A stretch of DNA of 64,000 nucleotides from an uncultured delta proteobacterium. Lineage in GTDB: Bacteria; Desulfobacterota; Binatia; JACPRU01. Position 1 is the first letter of the stretch; the number at the start of each line of letters is the position of its first letter. This document shows, in pieces, positions 54,236-64,000 of this stretch. The notes under the pieces were generated by a model. The model did no database searches, was not told the DNA's origin, and saw nothing but the letters and a program-made list of their open reading frames with translations. Location of the stretch: contig CAVUWD010000010.1 in NCBI GenBank assembly GCA_963745025.1, positions 1 through 64,000 on the forward strand, read 5' to 3'. The position numbers were made by a program, and so were the translations under genes.

Positions 54236-54889
54236 GTGTCTCGGAGCCCGAGTGGCCGGCCGATCCTGGTCTACGCCGTGGTAATCCTCGCGCTGGGCTG
54301 CCGCTCCGCGCTTGGGCTTAGCGATCAGAGTCGAAGGGCGGAGGCGCAGCAGCTCGCGGATGCGGCCTTCGCCGAGCGCCGAAAGGCCGATCGTCTCGAG
54401 AGCGATTGGGAAGCGACTTACGATAGCGGTATCGAGCTCGCCAAGCGGGCGATCGCGATCGATCCGAGCTTGGCGGAGGGCTACTTCGCCCTGTTCGTCA
54501 ATCTGGGAAGAAAGTCCGAGCGCGCGAGTGTCGCGGCGCAGGCGACGCACATCTCGGAGCTGAAGGAACTCTTGGAGAAAACGCTCGAGCTCGATCCCGA
54601 GCACGCCCATGCCTGGGAAGCCAAAGGAGAGATGCTGATGCGTTTGCCGCGGCTCTTCGGAGGCTCCGAGAAGCAAGGCGAGCAGGCGCTGCGGCGCTCC
54701 GCGGAGCTGGATCGCAAGTGGGCGAAGCCAGTGTTGCGGCTTGCCCAGTATGATTGGAAGAAGGGCCGCCGCGCCGAGGCACGCGCGGAGGCCGAACATG
54801 CCCGCGAGCTCGCCCGCGCGGCGGGTGATGAGGATCTTACGAAGGCGGCCAACGATCTACTGAGGGAGATCGATCTGACGGCTCCCTGA
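54236..54889 (+). CDS. TPR-like lipoprotein
   Basis: LALGC lipobox; TPR-like helices; LPRLFGGS motif. Confidence 0.65.
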   Translation: MSRSPSGRPILVYAVVILALGCRSALGLSDQSRRAEAQQLADAAFAERRKADRLESDWEATYDSGIELAKRAIAIDPSLAEGYFALFVNLGRKSERASVAAQATHISELKELLEKTLELDPEHAHAWEAKGEMLMRLPRLFGGSEKQGEQALRRSAELDRKWAKPVLRLAQYDWKKGRRAEARAEAEHARELARAAGDEDLTKAANDLLREIDLTAP

Positions 54890-55371
54890 AGATCGCGCGC
54901 AGCGCCCTCAGCGCCGCGGTCCGGAACGCCCCCAATAGAAAGGCGAGCGGCACTAGCCCGAGCAAGACCGCAGGCTGCAGAAGTACCGCCACGAGACGCC
55001 AGGGCCCCGTCCAGCCTTGCTCCCAATACAAGACGCCGGCGGTCGCTGCCACAAGCCCAGGCCACGGTCCTCGCACCTGCTTGGAAGACCCCGGCGGGCT
55101 CGGTTCGGTAGCCGGGAAGGCGGTTTGGCGAGCTAGGAACGATGCAATCGAGGCAAAGAGCTGCCGCCGAGCCCGTTTCGATCGACAAAAGCCAGCAGCG
55201 GTCGCACACCCGGGCTGCGCACGCGCTGCAGGTGACCGAGGCGACTCCGCCGCACCGGAGGCAGCCCGACGCACGACGCTTCCGATAACGGCGTAGAGCG
55301 ACCGTCGATCGCTGGACTAGCCTCGTCAGCGGCGCCGTCAAAGAACTATCACGTCGAGGAAGTGCCGCCAT
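54837..55371 (-). CDS. Cys-rich (B-box-like zinc finger) membrane protein, frameshift near 55060
   Basis: CLRC-x7-CSAC-x4-CDRC-x13-CLDC, then hydrophobic TM segments in the adjacent frame. Confidence 0.5.
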
Positions 55372-55556
55372 GTTTCAGAGTATCAAATTTTGCTCATCGT
55401 TTCCGTTTAGCCTGAAACATCATTTCCAAGTCGCCCTTCTTAACACCCCAATTTTCCTAGTGCTTTGTGGCTAATCCCGCCTCAGCAGAGATTGGCGCGC
55501 ATTTCGCTACGCAGATCAGTGCGGAGGGGCTGGACCCGGAAAGAGGGAGAACGAGA

Positions 55557-55922
55557 ATGTCTGGCGTTATTTTTGGCATTGATTGGGATCCCAACTCATT
55601 ACTTGATGCGGACTTCATTCTGCCAGAGCAGCTTGAGGGCGGTAGCGTCGCAAATCGGACGGGCGAGTTCGGCCTACTCTGGGCAGTCTTCACGGATGGG
55701 GTTCAAGCCTACTGCCGCGAGATCCTGAGCGGCTCCACCACGAGCCTCACTTACCGGGAGGTCGAGCGTTGGATCTTCCGCCCGAACTCGGACGCCATCA
55801 CCTCGTTCTCGAGCCTCTGCGAGCTGTTCGGTATCGACGCGCGCCGCATGCGACGGGCGCTGATCTGTTTCCGCGAGCATCCGAGCGAAGGGATTTTCAA
55901 CCTACTCACGATCAACGCGTGA
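55557..55922 (+). CDS. Small helical hypothetical protein
   Basis: SD GAGGGAG; ILPEQ...GE..LLWAVF.DGV...EVERWI...SF..LCELFGID...RR pattern. Confidence 0.7.
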   Translation: MSGVIFGIDWDPNSLLDADFILPEQLEGGSVANRTGEFGLLWAVFTDGVQAYCREILSGSTTSLTYREVERWIFRPNSDAITSFSSLCELFGIDARRMRRALICFREHPSEGIFNLLTINA

Positions 55923-56348
55923 GGGAGTGGCTGTCCCCAGCGCCTGGCCGAAGGAGAACTCCACCGAGTTTCCGTCCGGGTCGCGGAGCATGCAGAAATA
56001 GCCGACGATCGGACCGGCGTCCCGCGGCTCGAGCTCCAAGACGCCGTCGGCCCGCGCGACGGCCGCGCGCTCGTCGACGTCTTTCCGGCTCGCGCACGAG
56101 AACCCGAAGTGCGCGAACGAGTTCGGCGCCGAGTGCTCGACGGGACGCCGGATCAGGACGATCACGAAGCGGGAAGGGTCTTTCGTCTCCCCGACCCACA
56201 CCACCCGTCCGCCGTCCGGCTCGACGCGATCGTGGATTACGTCGAGGCTGCAGTACTTGCGATAGAAGGCGACCGTGCGTTCGATGTCCGACGTCCAGAG
56301 CGCGACGTGAGTGAGATGCGGGCGCACTTCGTGAGCGATGCGAGCCAT
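55902..56348 (-). CDS. VOC/glyoxalase family protein
   Basis: LTHVAL..SDIERTVAFY, AHFGF, RDPDGNSVEF. Confidence 0.88.
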   Translation of the reverse strand: MARIAHEVRPHLTHVALWTSDIERTVAFYRKYCSLDVIHDRVEPDGGRVVWVGETKDPSRFVIVLIRRPVEHSAPNSFAHFGFSCASRKDVDERAAVARADGVLELEPRDAGPIVGYFCMLRDPDGNSVEFSFGQALGTATPSRVDRE

Positions 56349-56447
56349 CGGTAGTCGAGTAGCAAATCCGCGGCGCCCCGACCATTGATTTCATGGTCAG
56401 ACAGAAGCATAAGTTCTCGACGGAAGCGGAAGCAGCTGGCTGGTCAT

Positions 56448-56519
<72 letters not shown>

Positions 56520-56525
56520 CTCACG

Positions 56526-56557
56526 AGAACCCCCGAGATGATCGGGGGTTTTCTTTT
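56526..56557 (+). terminator. Intrinsic terminator after the tRNA
   Basis: AACCCCCGA-GATGA-TCGGGGGTT followed by TTCTTTT. Confidence 0.75.
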
Positions 56558-56769
56558 GCGCGGCGACTGCGTCGTCTTCGTCGCTGGGCAGGGTGCCCGG
56601 TAGGTTCTTGGTTTTGTGGCGCCGTCGTCGTTGATCAGCTCATCAAGCTCATCAGCGATGCCGCTCGCCTTCGCATAGTGCTTCTCGATCGCGCGATGCC
56701 AGCAGGTCCGAGGAGGGCCGCAGGTCCACGGGCAACTCGCAGACGGCAAGCTTCACCGGACCTCCTCCT

Positions 56770-57040
56770 TCAGACGATCACCGGCTCGTCGGGCAGCTTG
56801 TTTGCCTGTGTGCCCCGTCGCGGGAACGCCGCCGTCGGATGCTGGCCGACCGCGTGAATACCGCGCACCACGCCGCTCTCGAACTCGTCCCGGCGGAACG
56901 CTCCCTCCATCTGACGGCAGATCGTCTCCCAGGATTCCGTTCCGGCGCGCGCGTGAATGCCGCGGTCGGCGACGATCTCCACGTCGCGGTCCGCGAGTAG
57001 CACGTAGATGAGGACACCATTGTTGTGCTCGGTCTCTCGC
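56770..57040 (-). pseudogene. 5'-truncated TPM-domain protein
   Basis: TEHNNGVLIYVLLADRDVEIVADRGI...NKLPDEPVIV; N-terminal half missing. Confidence 0.7.
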
Positions 57041-57895
57041 CGTTTCAGGGGCGTCGCTTCCGACGGCCACGCGAGCCTCATCGGGCTTGGTGTCAGTTAT
57101 GGTGTCACTTGGCAGTGCGTTCAAACGCTGCACCACTTCGAGCTGGTCGTGTTTCGCTGGGGGACTAGAACGCCTCTGTCGTCCTCGCGTTGATCGTCGC
57201 CGTTGCCAGAGTCAACGGTCGCGGCGCTGACATCGATCGCGAGCCGAAGGACCGTGATGGTCTGTGGCATGCGCCGCAGTCGGTGGCCGCCAACGGCGCA
57301 TCGATCTGGATTTCGGTATTACGCGGAGAAGCTGGTCCAAACGCTTGTATCATCGGCATTTTCTCAACGTTTCCGAGGCGATGTAGAAAAGGGATTCCGA
57401 TGCTTCGAAGCTGGACGTCGCCGGTTCGCACCCCAGTCGCGCCTCAGAGCCGCTAGATCAGGCTCGCTGTTTCAGGAGCGTCGCTCCCGACGGCCATGCG
57501 AGCCTCATGGGCTTGGGCAGTCAAGGCGAGACGACAGAGCGTCGCGGCCGTCTCGTCATCCGCCGCCGCATGCCGCAAAAATCTTCATGGTCGAACCTCC
57601 CCCTGTGCCGCGGCGACTACCCCGGCCACCGCGAGCAGAGCCAAGAACGACAATGCACTCCATCCCGGGGTCGGTGGCGTGGCGTCGCAGTCGGTGGCCG
57701 CCAGCGGCGCATGGATCTGGATTTCGGTTTTGGCCGTCTCGCCATCCGCCGCCGCATGCCGCGCGGGCCAGGCGGCAAGGGCGAGGATTAGGGCGCTGAG
57801 CATTATAAGAATCCTCATGGTCGAACCTCTCGCCGTGCCGCGGCGACTACCCCGGCCACTGCGGGCAGAGCCAAAAACGGCAATACGCTCATCCG
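57036..57895. repeat. Degenerate interleaved duplications (fragments of secreted-protein genes)
   Basis: 57036-57090 ~ 57463-57516; 57271-57317 ~ 57682-57728 (minus strand EIQI.APLAATDC); 57546-57665 ~ 57732-57895. Confidence 0.75.
57408..57445 (+). mobile_element. Degraded att-like copy of the tRNA-Gly 3' half
   Basis: AAGCTGGACGTCGCCGGTTCG is a 21-bp exact match to 56483-56503, followed by a diverged CACCCCAGTCGCGCCTC. Confidence 0.75.
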
Positions 57896-58258
57896 TCCCG
57901 GTCTTCTTCATTCGATCTCCTCCTCGACCGGCAGTCGAAACGACGCCGGTCGTGAGGTTAGGTTGGAGCAAACGTTGGACCATCGATGGAAGGGCGGAAT
58001 ATCCGCGATATTTCAGGGCTCGACGTACGAAAGCGATAATTGTCGCCCCATTCGAGCGTCATAAGATGGACGTCTACAAATAATCGCGCCGTTTGAGATT
58101 AACGACATTACCGCCACGGCAACCAGCTTGTGCTACGAACCCGCTGCGATAGCGATTAGCGGAGTTTTCCAACAGGAAGGGGACAAGCCTACAGTTTGGC
58201 CAGCTCTTCAGGGCGCCGGGGTGGTGTCAGTCGACCGCCGAGCTCGGCGGCATCGTGA

Positions 58259-59341
<1,083 letters not shown>

Positions 59342-59350
59342 AGGCCCCGT

Positions 59351-61210
59351 TTACCCCGCCGTCCAGCCGACCTCACGCAGGAGATACGAGAGGCGGCGCG
59401 GATCGTCGTTCAAACCTTCGCGCTGCGGCACGAAATAGCGAGACGCCTCCAGGTCGATCCGGACGACACCGCCCGCGGCCGGCTCGGCGAGCGGCACCAC
59501 CTGTTCGAAGTCGCCAGGCGGCAGCGGCGCATCCGCGATCAATCGCCCATTGCAGCGCACGCGCAGCGACTGCCCGCGTAGCGAGGCAAACACCTCCGGC
59601 AACGAGCCGCGGATGACGATGTGCTTGCCCGTGCGAGGCAACAACAGGCGTACCGTGGTCGTGGCCCAATCGTCGGCGTACCAGCCTTCCCAACGCACGA
59701 GTGTGCGGAGAACGAACCACTTCCAGATGGGAAACAGCAGGGTGGCCCTGCGGCTGAGGCGCTTCCACATCCACTCTGGAAATCGCCTGCGCAGCACGTT
59801 GAAGAATGTGTCGATGCCGTAGCATAAGTACGCGGGCGGATAGCGCAGTGTCCCGTGACGGCGCATGATACCGACGAGCTCACGAAAACGCGCCAGCCCC
59901 CCACTCGCGGTCTTCGTCGAATCGTACTCCCGCTGAATGGCCATCTCTGCCGGCACGTACGCCAGGTCATACCGCTTGGCGATGCGAATGAATAAGTCCC
60001 AGTCCATTCCCCACTCGAGGCTCTCGTCGAGAAGGCCCACGTCGTCGAGCACGCTGCGCCGCACGTAGACCGTCGGTTGTAGGAGGTAGTCGGAGTAATA
60101 GATGAACTTCCACAGATTGAAGCGGCCCGCCTTCGGAAACGCCCCCTTGATCGAGCCGTCCTCCTCGGCGAGATAGCCGTCCCCGTACACGGCGCCGACT
60201 TGTGGTTGGCGAGCGAAGGCATCGACGGCCATCGATACCGCTCGCGGCATCAGCAGGTCGTCCGAGTTCACCCAACACACGATGTCGCCCCTCGCGCGCT
60301 GAAACCCCTTGTTGATCGCGTGCGATTGGCCGCGGTCGCGCTCGCAGGCCCATACCAACCGGTCGCCGTACTCGGCGACGACGTCGGCGGTCTCGTCGGT
60401 CGAGCCGCCGTCGATGATGAGGTGCTCGATGTGCGGGTAGTCTTGATGGAGCACGCTCTCGATCGTATCGCGGATGAAGCGACCTTGATTGAACGACGGA
60501 GTGACCACCGTGACGAGCGGTCCGTCCACCTCCCGCTTGCGGTTCGCGTAGCCGAAGCGGCGCATCGCGCCGCCGTGTCGAGCCCAGAACAGATCTTCCA
60601 GCTCGGCTGACATTTGGCCGCGGTGACCGCCGATTCGTCCTTCGCGGAAGCCGCCGGGCGACCATCGACGCAAATCCGTGAACGAGGGAACCACCCCACC
60701 GATCGACGGCATGCGAATGCCGAGGGCTTGCAACGCCTCGTTCAAGACCGGGATAGGATCGGCGATGAGGTCCTCGAAGCGGATGTGAGCCGTCGGCGCC
60801 TTGCGCCGACCCCAAACGAGCGCGTGCCGGCCCCACCCGCCGAAGTAGGCGTCGGTGCAAACGAGCTCCCGGAGGACGCTCGCGAAGAGGTCCGGCGACG
60901 ATGGATCGACGTGCTTCTTCTCGTACTCTAGAACGAAACGCGCGTAGGAGACGAGCGAATCGCGACCGTCGCGCACGACGTGGATCGCTCGATGGTCGTC
61001 CTGCCCAGGGAGCTCATGGGTCTTGACGAGGAACAGTTCGGGAGACGGTGCCATCTCGGCGAGACGCCGCGGGCTCGCGAGCCCCGCGTTGATCTCCTTG
61101 TCCGCGGTCTCCTCGTAGATCGAATAGGTCGCGCGCCCGAACAGCCTGCCGAACAGAACGCGGAGAAAGGTATTCCCGGAGCGCGGGTACGACGCCAACC
61201 AGAGAATCAA
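59351..61210 (-). CDS. Sulfotransferase - GT2 glycosyltransferase fusion
   Basis: LASYPRSGNTFLR (5'-PSB), KTH, VRDGRDSLVSY (3'-PB), RFEDL; then VTVVTPSFNQGRFI, DGGSTD, DRGQSHAINKG, NSDD, MDWDLFIR. Confidence 0.88.
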   Translation of the reverse strand: MILWLASYPRSGNTFLRVLFGRLFGRATYSIYEETADKEINAGLASPRRLAEMAPSPELFLVKTHELPGQDDHRAIHVVRDGRDSLVSYARFVLEYEKKHVDPSSPDLFASVLRELVCTDAYFGGWGRHALVWGRRKAPTAHIRFEDLIADPIPVLNEALQALGIRMPSIGGVVPSFTDLRRWSPGGFREGRIGGHRGQMSAELEDLFWARHGGAMRRFGYANRKREVDGPLVTVVTPSFNQGRFIRDTIESVLHQDYPHIEHLIIDGGSTDETADVVAEYGDRLVWACERDRGQSHAINKGFQRARGDIVCWVNSDDLLMPRAVSMAVDAFARQPQVGAVYGDGYLAEEDGSIKGAFPKAGRFNLWKFIYYSDYLLQPTVYVRRSVLDDVGLLDESLEWGMDWDLFIRIAKRYDLAYVPAEMAIQREYDSTKTASGGLARFRELVGIMRRHGTLRYPPAYLCYGIDTFFNVLRRRFPEWMWKRLSRRATLLFPIWKWFVLRTLVRWEGWYADDWATTTVRLLLPRTGKHIVIRGSLPEVFASLRGQSLRVRCNGRLIADAPLPPGDFEQVVPLAEPAAGGVVRIDLEASRYFVPQREGLNDDPRRLSYLLREVGWTAG

Positions 61211-61265
61211 GTCGACATTTCTCCAGGGAGCTCCATATCGGAATCGCCGACCGCGCGAAACAGAC

Positions 61266-61460
61266 TCAGTTGACGCCCGCCGAGGACGTCACGCGCAGCA
61301 CTTCCTCGATCGTCGTCCACCCTTGCCGGACCTTCTCGAGGCCGCCGCGGCGAAGCGTCGTCATACCGAGGGCGATCGCGCGCTTGCGCAGCTCGTCCGT
61401 CGTGGCCAGCGCCATCACCAAGCTCCGCATCTCCTCGGCCATGGCGAGCACCTCGTTAGA
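61266..61460 (-). pseudogene. C-terminal remnant of a GspE/PilB secretion ATPase
   Basis: EVLAMAEEMRSLV...ELRKRAIALGMTTLRRGGLEKVRQGWTTIEEVLRVT; no Walker motifs upstream. Confidence 0.7.
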
Positions 61461-61561
61461 AGGCGAGCCCGAGGGCTGATAGAGCACTAGCCGAACGCTA
61501 GCAGGAAGCACCTCGTCAGGAGGATTGTCCCAAGCTCTCTCTTTTTGTGAGACACTAGACG

Positions 61562-62302
61562 ATGCGTACCGTCTGCATGCTGAACTCTGGAGAAGTCCAC
61601 GTCTGGTGCGCCCGCCCCGAAGAGGTTGGGGGCGAGGCTGACGGTCGTCGGCTGCTTGCCGCCGACGAGCTCGAACGCTCGGCCCGCTATCGCTTCGAGT
61701 GTGACAAGCGCATGGCCGTGGCCACCCGAGTGCTCTTGCGGACGGTGCTGTCGCGGTACGAGGCGGTCGCACCATCCGACTGGCGCTTCTTCGTCGAGGG
61801 GTACGGTCGTCCGGTTATCGCCGACGGCCGTAGCTCGCTTCGCTTCAGTCTGTCGAAGACGGAGGGGCTCATTGCCTGTGCCGTGGCGCGCACGGTGGAT
61901 CTGGGCGTCGATGTCGAGTGCCTGAGACGAAGGGCGCCGCTGGAAGTGGCCGACCGCTTCTTTGCCCCGGCCGAGGTAGCGGCGCTCCGCGCTCTGCCCG
62001 AGCCGGTGCGGCAGGGCCGCTTTTTCGACTACTGGACCCTCAAGGAGAGCTACGTCAAGGCACGCGGCCTGGGCCTGACGCTGCCGCTTCAGAAGTTCTC
62101 GATTGTTCTCGACGAGGGATCGCCGCGCATCGAGATCGATCCGTCGCTCGGCGACGACGGCGCCCTTTGGCAGCTCGTGCAACTGAGGCCGACGCAAGAG
62201 CACGTCCTGTCGCTTTGCGTGCGCAGGCGGGGAAGGCAAGATGTGAAGGTCGTGCTGCGATGGCATCCGGACACCGCGCTTCCTGCCGAAGCGCGCCCGT
62301 GA
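61562..62302 (+). CDS. Sfp-type 4'-phosphopantetheinyl transferase
   Basis: EVHVW, YGRP, FSLSKT, LGVDVE, FFDYWTLKESYVKARGLGL. Confidence 0.92.
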   Translation: MRTVCMLNSGEVHVWCARPEEVGGEADGRRLLAADELERSARYRFECDKRMAVATRVLLRTVLSRYEAVAPSDWRFFVEGYGRPVIADGRSSLRFSLSKTEGLIACAVARTVDLGVDVECLRRRAPLEVADRFFAPAEVAALRALPEPVRQGRFFDYWTLKESYVKARGLGLTLPLQKFSIVLDEGSPRIEIDPSLGDDGALWQLVQLRPTQEHVLSLCVRRRGRQDVKVVLRWHPDTALPAEARP

Positions 62303-62370
62303 ACAGCTGAGTGGGTCCGCAGCGGCGCGCTCGAGCGCCACTCTCGTTGGTCTCGCCGCGAGTGCAATCG

Positions 62371-64000
62371 ATGGACGACAGGATCAATCTCTTCTACGAA
62401 CAGACGCGGCTTCTCAACGGACGTGAGATCGTCGAGCGACCGCACTGGAACACGCTTGCTTCGGTAGATGCGATCCGGCATTTCGCCTACGGAACCAGCG
62501 ACGACAATCCGCTCTGGCTAGACGAAGCCTACGCCGCAGCCACCCCGCACGGGGGACTCCTGGCGCCTCCGGCCTTCGTCTGCTCGGTTCTCTATCCCTT
62601 CCTGCACGGGGCCGCCGTGGACGCGCCATTGGTAAGCCTCATCGGCGAGATCTCGGTCGATTGGTTTCGTACCATCCGAGCGGGCGACCGCTTACGGGCG
62701 ACTTCGCGGCAGACCGACGTCACGGAAGCGTTGGATCGCCGCGGGCGGCGCATCTTCTTCGTCCTCGCGGAGACGACGTACTGGAACCAGGACGATGCAG
62801 TGGCCGCGACGGCCAAGGGCACGATGGTCCGGATCGCGCGTGAGGAGAACGACCTGCTGTTGGATCGGGAGATGAGCCGCTACTCCGAGGGGGAGCGGGA
62901 TGCCCTGCGGCGGGCGATCGAGGACGAGTCGCGCGCCGGGCCGGCATCGCCCACCGGCTCGGACGTGTGGGTAGGTATGCCGCTGCCCGTGATGATGCGC
63001 GGTCCGCTCACCATCGGCGATCTCGTTTGCTGGCAGGCAGCGATCGGGCCGTCCTACCGGGCGGGAAGCCTCGGCTATCTCGATGCGGTGAAGGCGCCGC
63101 ATACCGCGGCGGTGAACCCGGTCACCGGCTGGCCGGTCAAGTATTCCCAGCAGCACGAAGACTTCCTCCTCGCGGCGCAGCGGGGCATGCCGGCGCCATT
63201 CGACAACAGTCTCATGCGGTTCGCCTGGATCGCTCCCTTGCTGACGGACTGGATGGGGAACGAAGGCTTCCTGAAACGGCTCAGCGTGCAGACCGGGGCT
63301 CCGCTGATTTACGGGGACGTGACCTGGTATCGCGGCGTCGTCGTTGAAAAGCGCCCGGCAACGACGGGCGATGCGGTCGACGTGCGCATCCGCATCGTCG
63401 GTGTCAATCAACTCGGGGCCACCACGACCACCGGTGAGGCCGTCGTCACGCTTCCAGCTCGACGGCTGGGCCTGCGCCCCCGGCGATCGCCGACACGCGT
63501 CGTCCAACGACGGGAACAACGACGAAACGGAGAAACGCTGCTCGATCGATTTGCCGCGGCCGCGCAGGCGCATGGCGACAAAGCCGCGCTCATCGGACGG
63601 CGGGAGTCGGTCTCTTTCGCCGAGCTGGATGCGCGGTCCGATCGGGTGGCGGCGCGGCTGGCCGCGATGGGTTGCGGGCCCGGCACGGTCGTCGGACTGT
63701 CGTTCCCGCGCGTGCCGGATTTGCTCGTGGCGATGCTCGGTGTGCTCAAAGCGGGGGCCGCGTATCTGCCGCTCGAGTGGGAAGCGGCCGCGGAGCGCAC
63801 ACGGGCCGTTGTCGATGCGGTTGGGCCGGCCGTCGTCATCCACGCGGGGGATGGCGCGCCGGGCGGCGCGGCTTCGGCGGCACGCGACTACGGAGGCAGG
63901 GCGGCGGCGTGGCGGGAGCTCGATGCGCATGACGCGCGCGCGGTTCCGTGGCAACGGAGGAATCCCGAAGAGCGGGATGTGGCCTACGTGATGCCGACTT
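62371..64000 (+). CDS. Double hot-dog (MaoC/FAS1-like dehydratase) fused to an NRPS-type adenylation domain; runs off the window (not in the ORF track)
   Basis: Stop-free from ATG 62371: DAIRHFAYGTSDDNPLWLDEAYA...LAPPAF; HED...RGMPAPFD...LTDWMG..G.L; then A1 SFAELDARS, A2 LKAGAAYLPL and the start of A3 VAYVMPT. Confidence 0.85.
   Translation, partial: MDDRINLFYEQTRLLNGREIVERPHWNTLASVDAIRHFAYGTSDDNPLWLDEAYAAATPHGGLLAPPAFVCSVLYPFLHGAAVDAPLVSLIGEISVDWFRTIRAGDRLRATSRQTDVTEALDRRGRRIFFVLAETTYWNQDDAVAATAKGTMVRIAREENDLLLDREMSRYSEGERDALRRAIEDESRAGPASPTGSDVWVGMPLPVMMRGPLTIGDLVCWQAAIGPSYRAGSLGYLDAVKAPHTAAVNPVTGWPVKYSQQHEDFLLAAQRGMPAPFDNSLMRFAWIAPLLTDWMGNEGFLKRLSVQTGAPLIYGDVTWYRGVVVEKRPATTGDAVDVRIRIVGVNQLGATTTTGEAVVTLPARRLGLRPRRSPTRVVQRREQRRNGETLLDRFAAAAQAHGDKAALIGRRESVSFAELDARSDRVAARLAAMGCGPGTVVGLSFPRVPDLLVAMLGVLKAGAAYLPLEWEAAAERTRAVVDAVGPAVVIHAGDGAPGGAASAARDYGGRAAAWRELDAHDARAVPWQRRNPEERDVAYVMPT

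Noticed and set aside
54152-54799. 216-aa N-terminal extension of the ETF fusion
   Set aside because: It is antisense to the TPR lipoprotein gene; the SD and ETF-beta homology begin at 54151
57036-57895. Possible CRISPR array
   Set aside because: Each repeat occurs only twice, with irregular length and spacing and protein-coding character; no cas genes

Overview
High-GC bacterial chromosome segment that contains the replication origin. Gene order suggests a deltaproteobacteria-type lineage, possibly Candidatus Binatia (inference). The core is hemL-atpZ-atpI-atpB-atpE (minus) <- oriC/dnaA-dnaN-gyrB-gyrA ... gpsA-rpmH-rnpA-yidD-yidC-jag-mnmE-mnmG-rsmG-parA-parB-bactofilin-atpF'FHAGDC, with two parS sites. 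It is followed by two M16 peptidases, a DHH phosphoesterase, a YfhO-like protein, a fused ETF beta-alpha and tRNA-Gly(CCC). Beyond the tRNA is an accessory region: a degraded att copy with scrambled duplications, GDP-fucose synthase, a sulfotransferase-GT2 fusion, an Sfp-type PPTase, and an ORF running off the window end (absent from the ORF track) that fuses a double hot-dog MaoC-like dehydratase to an NRPS-type adenylation domain. Other notable items are an RRM gene that appears to start at AUU, a small inverted-repeat family whose TTGA ends supply host stop codons, and a 35-bp-arm hairpin covering the rsmG start. Dense indels at 1-2.4 kb and 19.2-22 kb, which hit essential genes, look like sequencing or assembly errors. 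No CRISPR array, rRNA or intact transposase was seen.
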